32,000 nucleotides of DNA from Candidatus Saccharimonadota bacterium (GTDB lineage Bacteria > Patescibacteriota > Saccharimonadia > Saccharimonadales > UBA4665), in contig OY970322.1 in the NCBI GenBank assembly GCA_963716945.1, positions 180,001 through 212,000 on the forward strand, written 5' to 3'. The position numbers and the translations under genes were made by a program. Below, one piece after another: positions 15,586-24,441 of the stretch. Numbering within the stretch: the first letter of the stretch is position 1; every line of letters begins with the position of its first letter. The notes below the pieces were generated by a model. It saw nothing but the letters and a program-made list of their open reading frames with translations. It ran no database searches and had not been told where the DNA came from.

Positions 15586-18225
15586 TCAAGAGACGTCGAA
15601 GCGTTTTCGTTCCTGGTCGATGGATTCGAGCAGGGCTTTGGCTTCGGCCAGCTGGTCTTTGGTCTGGGCGACGACTTCGTGCGGGGCGTTTTTGACGTAG
15701 GCCTTGTTGGCCAGGCGGCCTTCCAGCTGTTTAATGACGGCCGACTGGGCGCCGCGCTTCCCTTCCAGTTCTTCCAGGTAAGTCCGGGCCGTGGCTTTGT
15801 CAATGTCCAGCCAACAACGGTGCCTGGTCCCTATCAGGTACAGTCCGGTGCCGTCCTTAACTTCGGTAACGGCCTGCAAACGGCTTAGGCGTTTGATGGT
15901 TTCGGCATTGTCGCGCAAGAAAGGCACGTCGGTGTAATAGAGAGTGACGCCGGCAACCTTGAGAGCGTTCAGGATTAGACGCGTCTCTTTGACGATGGTC
16001 TGGATTTCGGCGAAGTCGGCGGCTTGCCGCTTGTCGCTTTTGGGTACGGCTTGCAGCACGCGGGTCGCCAGGACTGAATCACCTTCCCAGGCCAATGTTT
16101 GCCAGACGGTTTCGGTTACGAACGGCGCAAACGGGTGGGCCAGTGTCAGGACGGCCTCTAGCAGATAGGCCAGCAGCGGCTTGTTTGGCGCCGCTTTGCT
16201 GGCTTCGATGTACCAGTCGGCCAGGTCGTCCCAAACGAAGTGGTACAGCTTCTCGTAAGCCTCGCTAAAGCGGTAGTTGTCCAGGTCGGCCGCTGTTTTT
16301 TCTTGGAATTGTTGTAATTTACTCAATATCCAATGGTCGGCCGCCGCGACCGGTTTCACGTCTTCCCTGCCCGTCTCGTCACCGACGATGTCTTCGATGT
16401 AGCGGGCAATGTTCCAAAGCTTGTTGCAGAAGTTTCGGTTAGCCTCGAGCTTGCCGCCGCCCCAGCTCTGGTCGTTGCCCGGCGAGACACCCATGATGAG
16501 GGCCATACGCAGGGCGTCGGCGCCGTATTTGGGGATGATATCCAGGGGGTCGATGATTGAGGCCGGGCGGCTTTTACTCATCTTTTTGCCGTCTTCGGCG
16601 CGGACTAGGCCGTGCAGGTAGACGTCTTTGAACGGTACCTGGCCCGTAATGTAGGTCGTCGCCAGGATCATTCTTGCTACCCAGAAAAATATAATGTCCC
16701 AGCCGGTCTCCATGACGCTTGTCGGATGGTAGGCTTGGAAGTCGGGGCTTTGCTTGAGCAGGTCGTTGAGCGATAGGTCATAATTCTGCGCCAGTTCGGG
16801 GTCGATCAAGGTGCTCCAGGTCCAGAGGGCCGAGCTGAACCAGGTGTCAAGGGTATCAGGGTCTTGTTCCCATTCGTGCCAGCCCTCGCTGCTGTCGGTC
16901 GGCGGACGGACGCCGGCGTAGGTCTCCTGCCGGCCGTCGGTGTCTGTGCGGTACCAGACCGGAATCCGGTGGCCCCACCAGATCTGGCGGCTGATACACC
17001 AGTCGCGCAGGTTGTCGATCCAGTGGAAGTAGATCTTCTCAAAGCGTTTGGGGATGATGTCGATATCGCCGTCGCGAACTACGGCTTGCAGGACCTCTTT
17101 GAGGCTTTGCTTCTTGCCTTTCCAGTCGACGGCCGGCTTGTTGACGTCGACGAACCACTGCAAACGGATCTGCGGCTCTATAACGCCTTTGCCCCGTTCG
17201 TTAATGGCTACGTTGTGCACGTACTTGTCGTCGGTTTTCACGACCAGGCCCTTTTGCGTCAGCTTGTCAATGATCTTCGGCCGGGCTTCGGCTATGGGCA
17301 GACCGGCGAATTCGCCGGCGATCGGCAGCAGTTTCCCGTGAAAGTCTATGATCTGCTCCTTGTCCAAGCCGTGGCGTTCGGCAATCTCGAAGTCGGTGTG
17401 GTCGTGCCAGGGCGTGATGGTCATGACGCCGGTACCGAACTTCGGGTCGACGGCCTCATCCTTGATAACGGTAGCCGTGACCTTGCCGTTAATCCACTCG
17501 GCCTCGAAAGTATCGCCGTGCTTGTATTTGGAGTAGCGCTTGTCATCGGGGTGCATGACGACGTACTTGTCGCCGAATTTAGTTTCGGGCCGGGCGGTAC
17601 CGATCTCGAACGGACCGTACTTCAGGGTATAGAACTTCCCCTGCTCTTCCTGGTAAGTCACCTCGTCGTCCGAAACGTTAGTCTCCAGGTTCGGGTCCCA
17701 GTTAACTATCCGGTGGCCTCTGTAAATCAAGCCGTCATCATACATCCGGACGAAGGTCTCGTTGACGCAGCGGTTCAAGGCGTCGTCCAAGGTGTAGCGC
17801 AAGCGCGTCCAGTCGGCGCTGGCGCCGATGGCCCGCATTTGGGTCAGCATCGTATCACGGCTGCCGCCGACGAATTCCCGGGTACGCTCCAAGAAGGCTT
17901 CGCGGCCGATTTTGTGCTTGTCGGTTCCCTCTTCGACCAGTTTGTTCTCGATAATGGCGTTCACCGCTAGGGCGGCGTGGTCGGTGCCGGGCAGCCAGAG
18001 CACGTCCTTGCCCTGTTGGCGGGCGTTCCGGGCCATGATATCCTGCAGCGTCAGGAACAGGGCGTGGCCGATGCTGAGGGTGCCGGTCTCGTTGGGCGGC
18101 GGCATGCTGATCGAGAAATGCGGTTTGCTGCTGAGGGGGTCAGCCGTAAATGCCCCGCTCTTCTCCCAAAGGGCGTAAATGTCGCTCTCGTACTGTCCCG
18201 GCTCGTAGACCTTAGGCAACTTCAT
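15586..18225 (-). CDS. valS: Valine--tRNA ligase
   Basis: 879 aa with class I motifs PPPNETGTLSIGHA (HIGH) and KMSKS, a ValRS-like editing-domain insertion and a C-terminal coiled coil. Confidence 0.95.
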   Translation of the reverse strand: MKLPKVYEPGQYESDIYALWEKSGAFTADPLSSKPHFSISMPPPNETGTLSIGHALFLTLQDIMARNARQQGKDVLWLPGTDHAALAVNAIIENKLVEEGTDKHKIGREAFLERTREFVGGSRDTMLTQMRAIGASADWTRLRYTLDDALNRCVNETFVRMYDDGLIYRGHRIVNWDPNLETNVSDDEVTYQEEQGKFYTLKYGPFEIGTARPETKFGDKYVVMHPDDKRYSKYKHGDTFEAEWINGKVTATVIKDEAVDPKFGTGVMTITPWHDHTDFEIAERHGLDKEQIIDFHGKLLPIAGEFAGLPIAEARPKIIDKLTQKGLVVKTDDKYVHNVAINERGKGVIEPQIRLQWFVDVNKPAVDWKGKKQSLKEVLQAVVRDGDIDIIPKRFEKIYFHWIDNLRDWCISRQIWWGHRIPVWYRTDTDGRQETYAGVRPPTDSSEGWHEWEQDPDTLDTWFSSALWTWSTLIDPELAQNYDLSLNDLLKQSPDFQAYHPTSVMETGWDIIFFWVARMILATTYITGQVPFKDVYLHGLVRAEDGKKMSKSRPASIIDPLDIIPKYGADALRMALIMGVSPGNDQSWGGGKLEANRNFCNKLWNIARYIEDIVGDETGREDVKPVAAADHWILSKLQQFQEKTAADLDNYRFSEAYEKLYHFVWDDLADWYIEASKAAPNKPLLAYLLEAVLTLAHPFAPFVTETVWQTLAWEGDSVLATRVLQAVPKSDKRQAADFAEIQTIVKETRLILNALKVAGVTLYYTDVPFLRDNAETIKRLSRLQAVTEVKDGTGLYLIGTRHRCWLDIDKATARTYLEELEGKRGAQSAVIKQLEGRLANKAYVKNAPHEVVAQTKDQLAEAKALLESIDQERKRFDVS

Positions 18226-18304
18226 GACCTACATCATACCACCTCTGTAAAAATTAACGAAGCACGATACCCGGCACTGAAGAAACCGGCGAACAAAAAC
18301 CAAA

Positions 18305-19363
18305 CTACATGGACAGGTTGGGGCTGACTTCCAGGCTGTAGGGGTCGGCGGGCTCCCGTCCGAGAGAGGCTTTGAAGCAGGCAAGGGCCGCGACCATGGC
18401 GGCGTTGTCGGTACAGAGTTTCGGGTCGGGGTAAACGATAGGCAAGGGCAGGGCGGCCGACAATTGGCGGCGCAGTTCGCGGTTGGCGGCGACTCCGCCG
18501 GCCAGTACGACGCTGCGGGGGCCGAATTCCTCGTAAGCCGTTTTTGCCTTGCCGACGATGGTTTCGACGGCGGCCCGCTGAAAGCTGGCGGCAATATCGG
18601 CCTTCTGGGCCGCGGAGAGGCGCTCTGGCAGCTTCGTCGAGGGAAAGTCATAACTTTCCCCGATTTGGGCCTGGGCAAGGCGCAGAACGGCTGTTTTTGG
18701 CCCGGAGAAGCTGAAGTCGTATTTATCCATTTTTGCCTTGGGCAGGTCAAAGGCGTTGGCGTCGCCGCGGGCGGCGGCTTCGGCAACCGACGGGCCGCCG
18801 GGGTAGGGCAAGCCGAGCATTTTGGCGACCTTGTCGAAAGCTTCGCCGATGGCGTCATCCTGGGTTTGCCCGAGCACGGCGTAGTCGAAGTGATCCTGGA
18901 AAAGTACGAGCTGGCTGTGGCCGCCGGACACGATGATGGCCAGCAGGGGGAATTGGGGCTGGGCAGCAGGCATCCTGTAGCCGGGGAGGGCCGTTTCGGT
19001 CAAGAAGTTGGCGTAAACGTGGGCCTCGACATGGTTAATGCCGTAGAGCGGTTTGCCGAGCGCTATGGCCAGGGTACGGGCCGTCATGACCCCGATTAAG
19101 AGACTGCCGCCTAGACCGGCACCGTACGTCACGCCGAGAGCGTCGATATCGTCCCAGCCGCAGGCGGCCTCGTCGAGCGCCTGCTTGATTACCGGCAGGA
19201 TGGCCTCGATATGGCTGCGGGCGGCGATTTCCGGCACGACGCCGCCGTATTCGACATGGAGATCCATGCTGGAGGCGACGGCATTGCTGAGCAGCCGCCG
19301 GCCGTCTTCGACTACCGCCGCCGCCGTCTCGTCGCAACTGGTCTCGATGCCTAAAATTTTCAT
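18305..19363 (-). CDS. tsaD: tRNA N6-adenosine threonylcarbamoyltransferase TsaD (Kae1/Gcp family)
   Basis: N-terminus MKILGIETSCDETAAAVV, followed by His-containing metal-site segments (ARSHIE, GINHVEAH) and length typical of TsaD. Confidence 0.95.
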   Translation of the reverse strand: MKILGIETSCDETAAAVVEDGRRLLSNAVASSMDLHVEYGGVVPEIAARSHIEAILPVIKQALDEAACGWDDIDALGVTYGAGLGGSLLIGVMTARTLAIALGKPLYGINHVEAHVYANFLTETALPGYRMPAAQPQFPLLAIIVSGGHSQLVLFQDHFDYAVLGQTQDDAIGEAFDKVAKMLGLPYPGGPSVAEAAARGDANAFDLPKAKMDKYDFSFSGPKTAVLRLAQAQIGESYDFPSTKLPERLSAAQKADIAASFQRAAVETIVGKAKTAYEEFGPRSVVLAGGVAANRELRRQLSAALPLPIVYPDPKLCTDNAAMVAALACFKASLGREPADPYSLEVSPNLSM

Positions 19364-19370
19364 CAGGTTA

Positions 19371-19380
19371 CAGTATACTG
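19371..19380. promoter_or_regulatory. 10-bp perfect palindrome CAGTATACTG supplying a TATACT -10 box on both strands for divergent tsaD and murE-like genes
   Basis: Only 23 bp separate the two start codons (19363 and 19387). TATACT on the + strand (19374-19379) lies 7 nt before ATG 19387. TATACT on the - strand (19377-19372) lies 8 nt before ATG 19363. Confidence 0.55.
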
Positions 19381-19386
19381 AGAGGC

Positions 19387-20685
19387 ATGAATATTCGGAA
19401 AGCCGTCAAGCGTCTCATCCCGTCCGGATTGTTCGCGGCCGTCGAACCTTACGGACATCTCACGGAGGCCGTCATGCTCAACACGCTGAACGGTTTTCCG
19501 GGACGGGGCATGAAAGTTATCGGCGTTACGGGAACTAACGGCAAGACCACGACTTCGTTCTTAATCCACCGGATGCTGCACGAAGCCGGCTATAAAACCG
19601 GCCTGATGAGCACTATAGGCTATGGCGTTGGCATGGACATCAAGCCCCAGATTCACCACATGACCAATGTCAGCGTGCCGGAACTGATGCAGCGCCTAAA
19701 GGTCATGAAGGCTCAAGATATCGACTGGCTGGTCCTGGAAACGACCTCCCATGCCTTGGCCCAGCACCGGGTCTTCGGCGTACCTTATTCGGTAGCTGTC
19801 ATGACCAACGTGACGCACGAGCATCTCGACTACCACAAGACTTTCGAACGCTACCGGGACGCCAAACGCCGCCTGTTCAAGCTGGCCGACCGCAACCGCA
19901 AGGGCTTGCGGACCGGTGTTATAAATGCCGAAGACCCGAGTGCCGCGCTGTTTGCCGGCGACATCAAGAACCCCGTGCTTTACGGCGTTGACAAAGGTGA
20001 AGTCAGGGCCGAAAACGTCGAACTTTCGCCCAAAGGCGTCAGTTACCGGGTAACGGTTGACGGCACCGCCTACAATATCCGCTGCCGGATTCCGGGCAGT
20101 TTCAATGTCTATAACTCGCTGGCGGCGGTCTGCGTCGGCATTAAATTGGGTTTGACCAAAGAACAGATCGAGAAGGGAATTGCCGCGCTGGAGAGCGTCG
20201 AAGGCCGGATGACCAGAATAGACGAAGGCCAGGCCTTCGACGTCATCGTGGATTTCGCGCATACGCCGGACAGCTTCGAAAAATTACTGAAAGATTTGCG
20301 GCCGGTCGTCAAAGGCAAGCTGATTGTCATGTTCGGCCAGCCCGGCCGCCGCGACGAAGCCAAAGGCCGGACCCAGGGAGAGATTGCCGGCCGGTATTGC
20401 GACGAAGTGATTGTTACCGAAGAAGATGACCGGGACATTGACGGCCAAATGCTGATGGACCAAGTCGCCGGCGGCGCCGAAAAGGGCGGCAAAACCCGCG
20501 GCCAAGACCTGTTCCTAGTACATGATCGGACCGAAGCTATCAGCTTCGCCCTTAAGCGGGCCGGCAAAGGCGACACCGTATTGCTGCTGGGCAAAGGCCA
20601 CGAAAAGACCATGGAAAGTGCCGACGGCGAACACCCCTGGGACGAAATCGGCACCGCCCGCAAGGCGCTAAATAGCCCAAAATAA
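19387..20685 (+). CDS. murE: Mur ligase family protein, MurE-like, lacking the usual N-terminal UDP-binding domain
   Basis: P-loop GVTGTNGKTTT begins near residue 46. MurE-like segments are NVTHEHLDYHKTFERYRDAKRRLF and DFAHTPDSFEKLL. The C-terminal domain has TEEDDRD where DAP-adding MurE has DNPR. Confidence 0.7.
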   Translation: MNIRKAVKRLIPSGLFAAVEPYGHLTEAVMLNTLNGFPGRGMKVIGVTGTNGKTTTSFLIHRMLHEAGYKTGLMSTIGYGVGMDIKPQIHHMTNVSVPELMQRLKVMKAQDIDWLVLETTSHALAQHRVFGVPYSVAVMTNVTHEHLDYHKTFERYRDAKRRLFKLADRNRKGLRTGVINAEDPSAALFAGDIKNPVLYGVDKGEVRAENVELSPKGVSYRVTVDGTAYNIRCRIPGSFNVYNSLAAVCVGIKLGLTKEQIEKGIAALESVEGRMTRIDEGQAFDVIVDFAHTPDSFEKLLKDLRPVVKGKLIVMFGQPGRRDEAKGRTQGEIAGRYCDEVIVTEEDDRDIDGQMLMDQVAGGAEKGGKTRGQDLFLVHDRTEAISFALKRAGKGDTVLLLGKGHEKTMESADGEHPWDEIGTARKALNSPK

Positions 20686-20737
20686 ATTAGCTCAAGTAGT
20701 TTACAATATTAACATTTTGTGTTAGTATAATGCTAAT

Positions 20738-21322
20738 ATGACCCATAAAAGCGGCGACCCGACACAAAAACCAGATCTGCCGGCCCTGCCGCCCGACGTT
20801 CTGGCCGACGAGGCTATACCCGGTATGTTCCGTCTCGGGGATGATACCCGGAATCGGGAAACCCTGGCCGACGGTATCCGTGTCTTGTCTTGGAGAATGC
20901 GCAGCGATGATGTTGAGCTGGCGCCGGTTGCCGGTTGGGATGTTTTCCCCCTGGAAACAGAAGGCGGCATCGGCCGGCTGCAATTACCGCCCGGCACCCG
21001 CAGCGCTTATAGCGTCCTGTCCGGCCTCGAGGCCTGGTCGGGTGAAAAAAAGGCCGTTGTCGAGAGGGTTAGCCGGTACATGGGTGATATCCATGCCCGC
21101 TTCGGCATTTATGATACGGGTTTCTCATGGAACCAGGTAGGCGTTACCCCGGACCAGCATATTTTCGTCGCACCGCCCAATACCCCTGTCGCCGTGGTTC
21201 AGGAACGGCAGACGGCCGAATGGCAAGACATGGCCGTTGACGAACTTGGAATTCTTCTGCAGAGCGACACCGCCAACATCGGCCTTGTCGAATTGTTTAC
21301 TCAAAGCCTGCAAAGAGACTAG
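20738..21322 (+). CDS. Hypothetical protein (194 aa), first gene of a two-gene cassette
   Basis: Clean ORF with native GC. TATAAT (20726-20731) lies 6 nt before the ATG. It ends 5 nt before the next gene. I recognise no family. Confidence 0.6.
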   Translation: MTHKSGDPTQKPDLPALPPDVLADEAIPGMFRLGDDTRNRETLADGIRVLSWRMRSDDVELAPVAGWDVFPLETEGGIGRLQLPPGTRSAYSVLSGLEAWSGEKKAVVERVSRYMGDIHARFGIYDTGFSWNQVGVTPDQHIFVAPPNTPVAVVQERQTAEWQDMAVDELGILLQSDTANIGLVELFTQSLQRD

Positions 21323-21327
21323 GCACT

Positions 21328-22362
21328 ATGTCGGCTCATCCTGCTGAAGCGCCGGAGATGGAACCGCCCTCTCAGGAGACAGTCGGCCTGGGAATGCTTT
21401 CGGAGCGTTACCGGGCCAGCCTATCCCGGACCCAGCGCCTGGCGGCTTCGGTAGGCTCGGAGCTGCCGGTTCATACCATCGATCTCGCGGCCGGCAGCAA
21501 CATCCCGAGCGAACCGGGTGCCTACCTTTTCGACGAGCAGGTAACAGTTAGCCGCGGCGGTAATATTTTGGCCGCTATGTTTGCGCTTGAACCCAAGACG
21601 CTTAGCGGTAAGATCGACTCGGCGCATGCGGTTTTGCCGGGCAAGCTGTCTTTCTTGTATAGCATCAACGGCAAGCTCGCCGAAGGACACCGGTATGTGG
21701 CCGCCAAAGGCTACTACAAGAGGGAGCTCGAAGACCGTTTCCGGCGTATGGAAGCTGAAATTCAGATTAGCCGTTCCCAGAGGGAAAGGGGCGAGATAGC
21801 GTTTGACCCCATAGCCGTGGTGGTGGCGCCCCCCGAATACAAAGGCAAGCAAACGGATAATTCGGCTTATGAACTGCTGCTGGTTACGGCGCTTGACGAA
21901 GGCGTGACCACACTGGACAACCAGCCATGGCAGCTCGGTTTCGACCAAGCTAACCTGGCACTGGCCGAATCGGCCGTTGACGCCCTCGGCAGGTTTAACA
22001 CCACTATCGGCATGCACGGCGACGCCAAAATCAAAAATGTTGCCCAGGGTCCGAGCGGCCAGACCAGCATGATTGATTTCGAAACCAGCCGCACCATCGA
22101 TTTGGAAGACCCTTCCAGCGTTGCCGCGGCCGTTAATGAGGACCTGGCTAAACTGTTTAAGTCGCTGAGCGACCAAGGCTTCTTCGAGCGCGAACCTTAC
22201 CGGGCCCGGGAAGTACTTGAAGCCTTGGCCGAGAAGTACGCCGGACATTGGCAATCACGCTCGCCGGCAGTTCAGAATGCGGTCTACGAAGCGATTATTA
22301 ACGTCGTCGACAATTGTGTCGGGCAGGTACGGCCGCCGGCTTTCCAAAAAGCCATGGCTTGA
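21328..22362 (+). CDS. Atypical protein-kinase-like fold protein (RIO/Bud32/APH/Kdo-kinase-like)
   Basis: Catalytic-loop-like HGDAKIKN has His230, Asp232 (22021-22023) and Asn237. A metal-binding IDFE has Asp250 (22075-22077). Upstream are YVAAK (a beta3-Lys candidate) and an acidic helix ELEDRFRRMEAE. No canonical Gly-rich loop was seen. Confidence 0.55.
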   Translation: MSAHPAEAPEMEPPSQETVGLGMLSERYRASLSRTQRLAASVGSELPVHTIDLAAGSNIPSEPGAYLFDEQVTVSRGGNILAAMFALEPKTLSGKIDSAHAVLPGKLSFLYSINGKLAEGHRYVAAKGYYKRELEDRFRRMEAEIQISRSQRERGEIAFDPIAVVVAPPEYKGKQTDNSAYELLLVTALDEGVTTLDNQPWQLGFDQANLALAESAVDALGRFNTTIGMHGDAKIKNVAQGPSGQTSMIDFETSRTIDLEDPSSVAAAVNEDLAKLFKSLSDQGFFEREPYRAREVLEALAEKYAGHWQSRSPAVQNAVYEAIINVVDNCVGQVRPPAFQKAMA

Positions 22363-22396
22363 CCGAATTCTGGCACTCGGGTATGATGAGTGCTAG
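22359..22396 (+). promoter_or_regulatory. groESL promoter (TTGACC-17 nt-TATGAT) overlapped by a CIRCE (HrcA operator) inverted repeat
   Basis: The -35 TTGACC is at 22359-22364 and the -10 TATGAT at 22382-22387. cTGGCACTC-N9-GAGTGCTAg (22370-22396) matches the CIRCE consensus TTAGCACTC-N9-GAGTGCTAA at 15 of 18 positions. The -10 lies inside the 9-nt spacer. Confidence 0.8.
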
Positions 22397-22454
22397 AAGC
22401 AGGTGTTTTGTGCGAGATTACATCTGTTAAGTCTAAACTTATTGGAGGTTCAAT

Positions 22455-22721
22455 ATGAGTACACCATTGCAACCCTTGAGCGATTATATCGTCGCCCAGG
22501 CCGAAGAAGCGGAGAGCAAGACCGCGAGCGGGCTGTACTTGCCCGACAAGGCGCAGGAGAAGCCCAAAACCGCCAAAGTTTTAGCTGCCGGCCCGAATGC
22601 CAGGCAGGTCAAAGCCGGCGACCGGATCGTCTATAAGAGCTATAGCACCACCGAAGTCAAGGTCGGCGGGGAAGACTACATTTTGGTTAAAGAAGAAGAC
22701 GTCCTGGCGACGGTTAAATAA
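22455..22721 (+). CDS. groES: Co-chaperonin GroES
   Basis: 88 aa with the mobile-loop region ESKTASGLYLPD. GGAGG SD lies upstream, and the gene sits immediately 5' of groEL. Confidence 0.95.
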   Translation: MSTPLQPLSDYIVAQAEEAESKTASGLYLPDKAQEKPKTAKVLAAGPNARQVKAGDRIVYKSYSTTEVKVGGEDYILVKEEDVLATVK

Positions 22722-22747
22722 CGCTTTAAACAGGGAGATTGATTGAT

Positions 22748-24397
22748 ATGGCAAAGAAAGTATTTTATGACGCCGATGCCCGCGGGCGGGTACTGGCCGG
22801 CGCCGAGGTTTTGTACAACGCGGTCAAAACGACAATGGGGCCCAAGGGCCGTAACGTGGTTATCAGCAAATCATTCGGCGCGCCGACCGTCACGCATGAC
22901 GGCGTGACCGTCGCCAAAGGCGTCGAGTTGGCCGATGTCGATGACGAGACGCTGGGCTACAAAGTCGGCGCCGAACTTATTAAGCAGGCCGCATCCAAGA
23001 TGAACGACGTCGCCGGCGACGGCACTACGACCGTCACCGTCCTGACTTATCACATCTTGAACGAGGCTAACAAGCTGATTGCCGCCGGGCACAACCCGAT
23101 GCTGCTGCGCAAGGGCCTGGAAGCTGCCGGGCAGGAAGCCATCGCCCAGCTGGCGGCTTTGTCCGAGGATATCCAGGGCAAGAAGTCGCGTGTCGCCGAA
23201 GTGGCGACCATCTCGGCCGGCGACGCCCAGATCGGCGACTTGATTGCCGAGGTGATTGACAAGGTCGGCAAAGACGGCGTCGTCACTGTCGAAGAAGGGC
23301 AGGGATTGGAGATGGAATCCGAGGTTGTCGAGGGCTTCACTTTCGACCGCGGCTTCGTCAGCCCTTACATGGTGACCGACACCGCCCGGATGGAAGCCGT
23401 TTACGACAAGGCCGCCGTGGTGATTACCGACATGAAGATTGCCAGCGTACAGGAATTCCTGCCGCTGCTTGAGAAACTGGCGCAAGCCGGCAAGAAAGAC
23501 TTGGTCCTGATTGCCGAGGACGTCGAGGGCGAAGCTTTGGGCACGTTGATTCTGAACCGCCTGAAGGGTGTTTTCAACACTGTAGCTATCAAGGCGCCGG
23601 CTTTCGGCGACCGCCGCAAGGACGTTTTGAACGACATCGCTATCCTGACCGGCGCCCAGGTCGTTACCGAAGACCGGGGCATGACTTTCGAGAATGTCGA
23701 TATCGACGTTGTCGGTTCGGCCCGCCGGGTCATCGTTAACAAGGATGAAACGACCATTATCGAGGGCGGCGGCTCGCCGGCCGAGGTCGCGGCCCGCATC
23801 AAGCAGATCAATGCCCAGATCGAAGCCGCTACCAGCGAGTACGACAAGGAAAATCTCGAGAAGCGCCGGGCTGCCTTGAGCGGCAAAGTCGCCGTTATCA
23901 AAGTCGGCGGCGCGACCGAAACCGAAATCGAGGAGAAGAAATTCCGCGTCGACGACGCCGTCCACGCCGTTAAGGCGGCTCTCGACGAAGGCATCGTACC
24001 GGGCGGCGGCGTGACGCTGATCAACCTGATCGGCAAAGTCAGTAGCAACGCCAGCGATGACACCTCCGTCGCGGCCGGCCGGCTGCTGCTGATCAGGGCG
24101 CTGGAACAGCCTTTCCGGATCTTGCTGGCCAACGCCGGTCTGAACGCCGACGAGTGGCTGCCTCAAGTCAAGGCCGGCAAAGCCGGCTTCGGCGTCAACC
24201 TAAACGCGCCGGGCAAGCTGGTCGACCTGAAGGCTGCCGGCATTGTCGACCCGTCCCGTGTTACTAAGGAAGCCTTGCAGAACGCCGTTTCGATTGCCGG
24301 TACCGCTATGACCATGGGCGCGTTGGTAGTTGATGTGCCTCAAGAAGAAAAGGCCGACCCGGCCGCCGGAATGGGCGGTATGGGCGGCATGATGTAG
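22748..24397 (+). CDS. groEL: Chaperonin GroEL
   Basis: MAKKVFYD start, KSFGAPTVTHDGVTVAK, AGDGTTT, and a C-terminal GMGGMGGMM tail. ATG 22748 (GGGAG 10 nt upstream) is preferred over the track's TTG 22739. Confidence 0.97.
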   Translation: MAKKVFYDADARGRVLAGAEVLYNAVKTTMGPKGRNVVISKSFGAPTVTHDGVTVAKGVELADVDDETLGYKVGAELIKQAASKMNDVAGDGTTTVTVLTYHILNEANKLIAAGHNPMLLRKGLEAAGQEAIAQLAALSEDIQGKKSRVAEVATISAGDAQIGDLIAEVIDKVGKDGVVTVEEGQGLEMESEVVEGFTFDRGFVSPYMVTDTARMEAVYDKAAVVITDMKIASVQEFLPLLEKLAQAGKKDLVLIAEDVEGEALGTLILNRLKGVFNTVAIKAPAFGDRRKDVLNDIAILTGAQVVTEDRGMTFENVDIDVVGSARRVIVNKDETTIIEGGGSPAEVAARIKQINAQIEAATSEYDKENLEKRRAALSGKVAVIKVGGATETEIEEKKFRVDDAVHAVKAALDEGIVPGGGVTLINLIGKVSSNASDDTSVAAGRLLLIRALEQPFRILLANAGLNADEWLPQVKAGKAGFGVNLNAPGKLVDLKAAGIVDPSRVTKEALQNAVSIAGTAMTMGALVVDVPQEEKADPAAGMGGMGGMM

Positions 24398-24441
24398 GTC
24401 AAATTAAGCCGGCTTGGTGGGGCTAGGCAGGGAGCACCCCC

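Noticed and set aside
22871-24166. Long antisense or alternate-frame ORFs overlapping confident genes, for example 22871-24166(-) and 23401-24132(-) in groEL, 16864-17970(+) in valS, 21421-22254(-), 9747-10616(+), 3978-4505(-), 18229-18858(-) and 26541-27125(-).
   Set aside because: Their translations are Arg/Pro/Gly/Ala-rich low-complexity strings, typical of stop-poor off-frames in high-GC DNA. Each is fully covered by a gene with clear family motifs on the other strand or frame.
24406-24415. The palindrome AAGCCGGCTT after groEL as a transcription terminator.
   Set aside because: It is a perfect 10-bp palindrome with no loop nucleotides and no following T-tract, so it cannot form a stable terminator hairpin.
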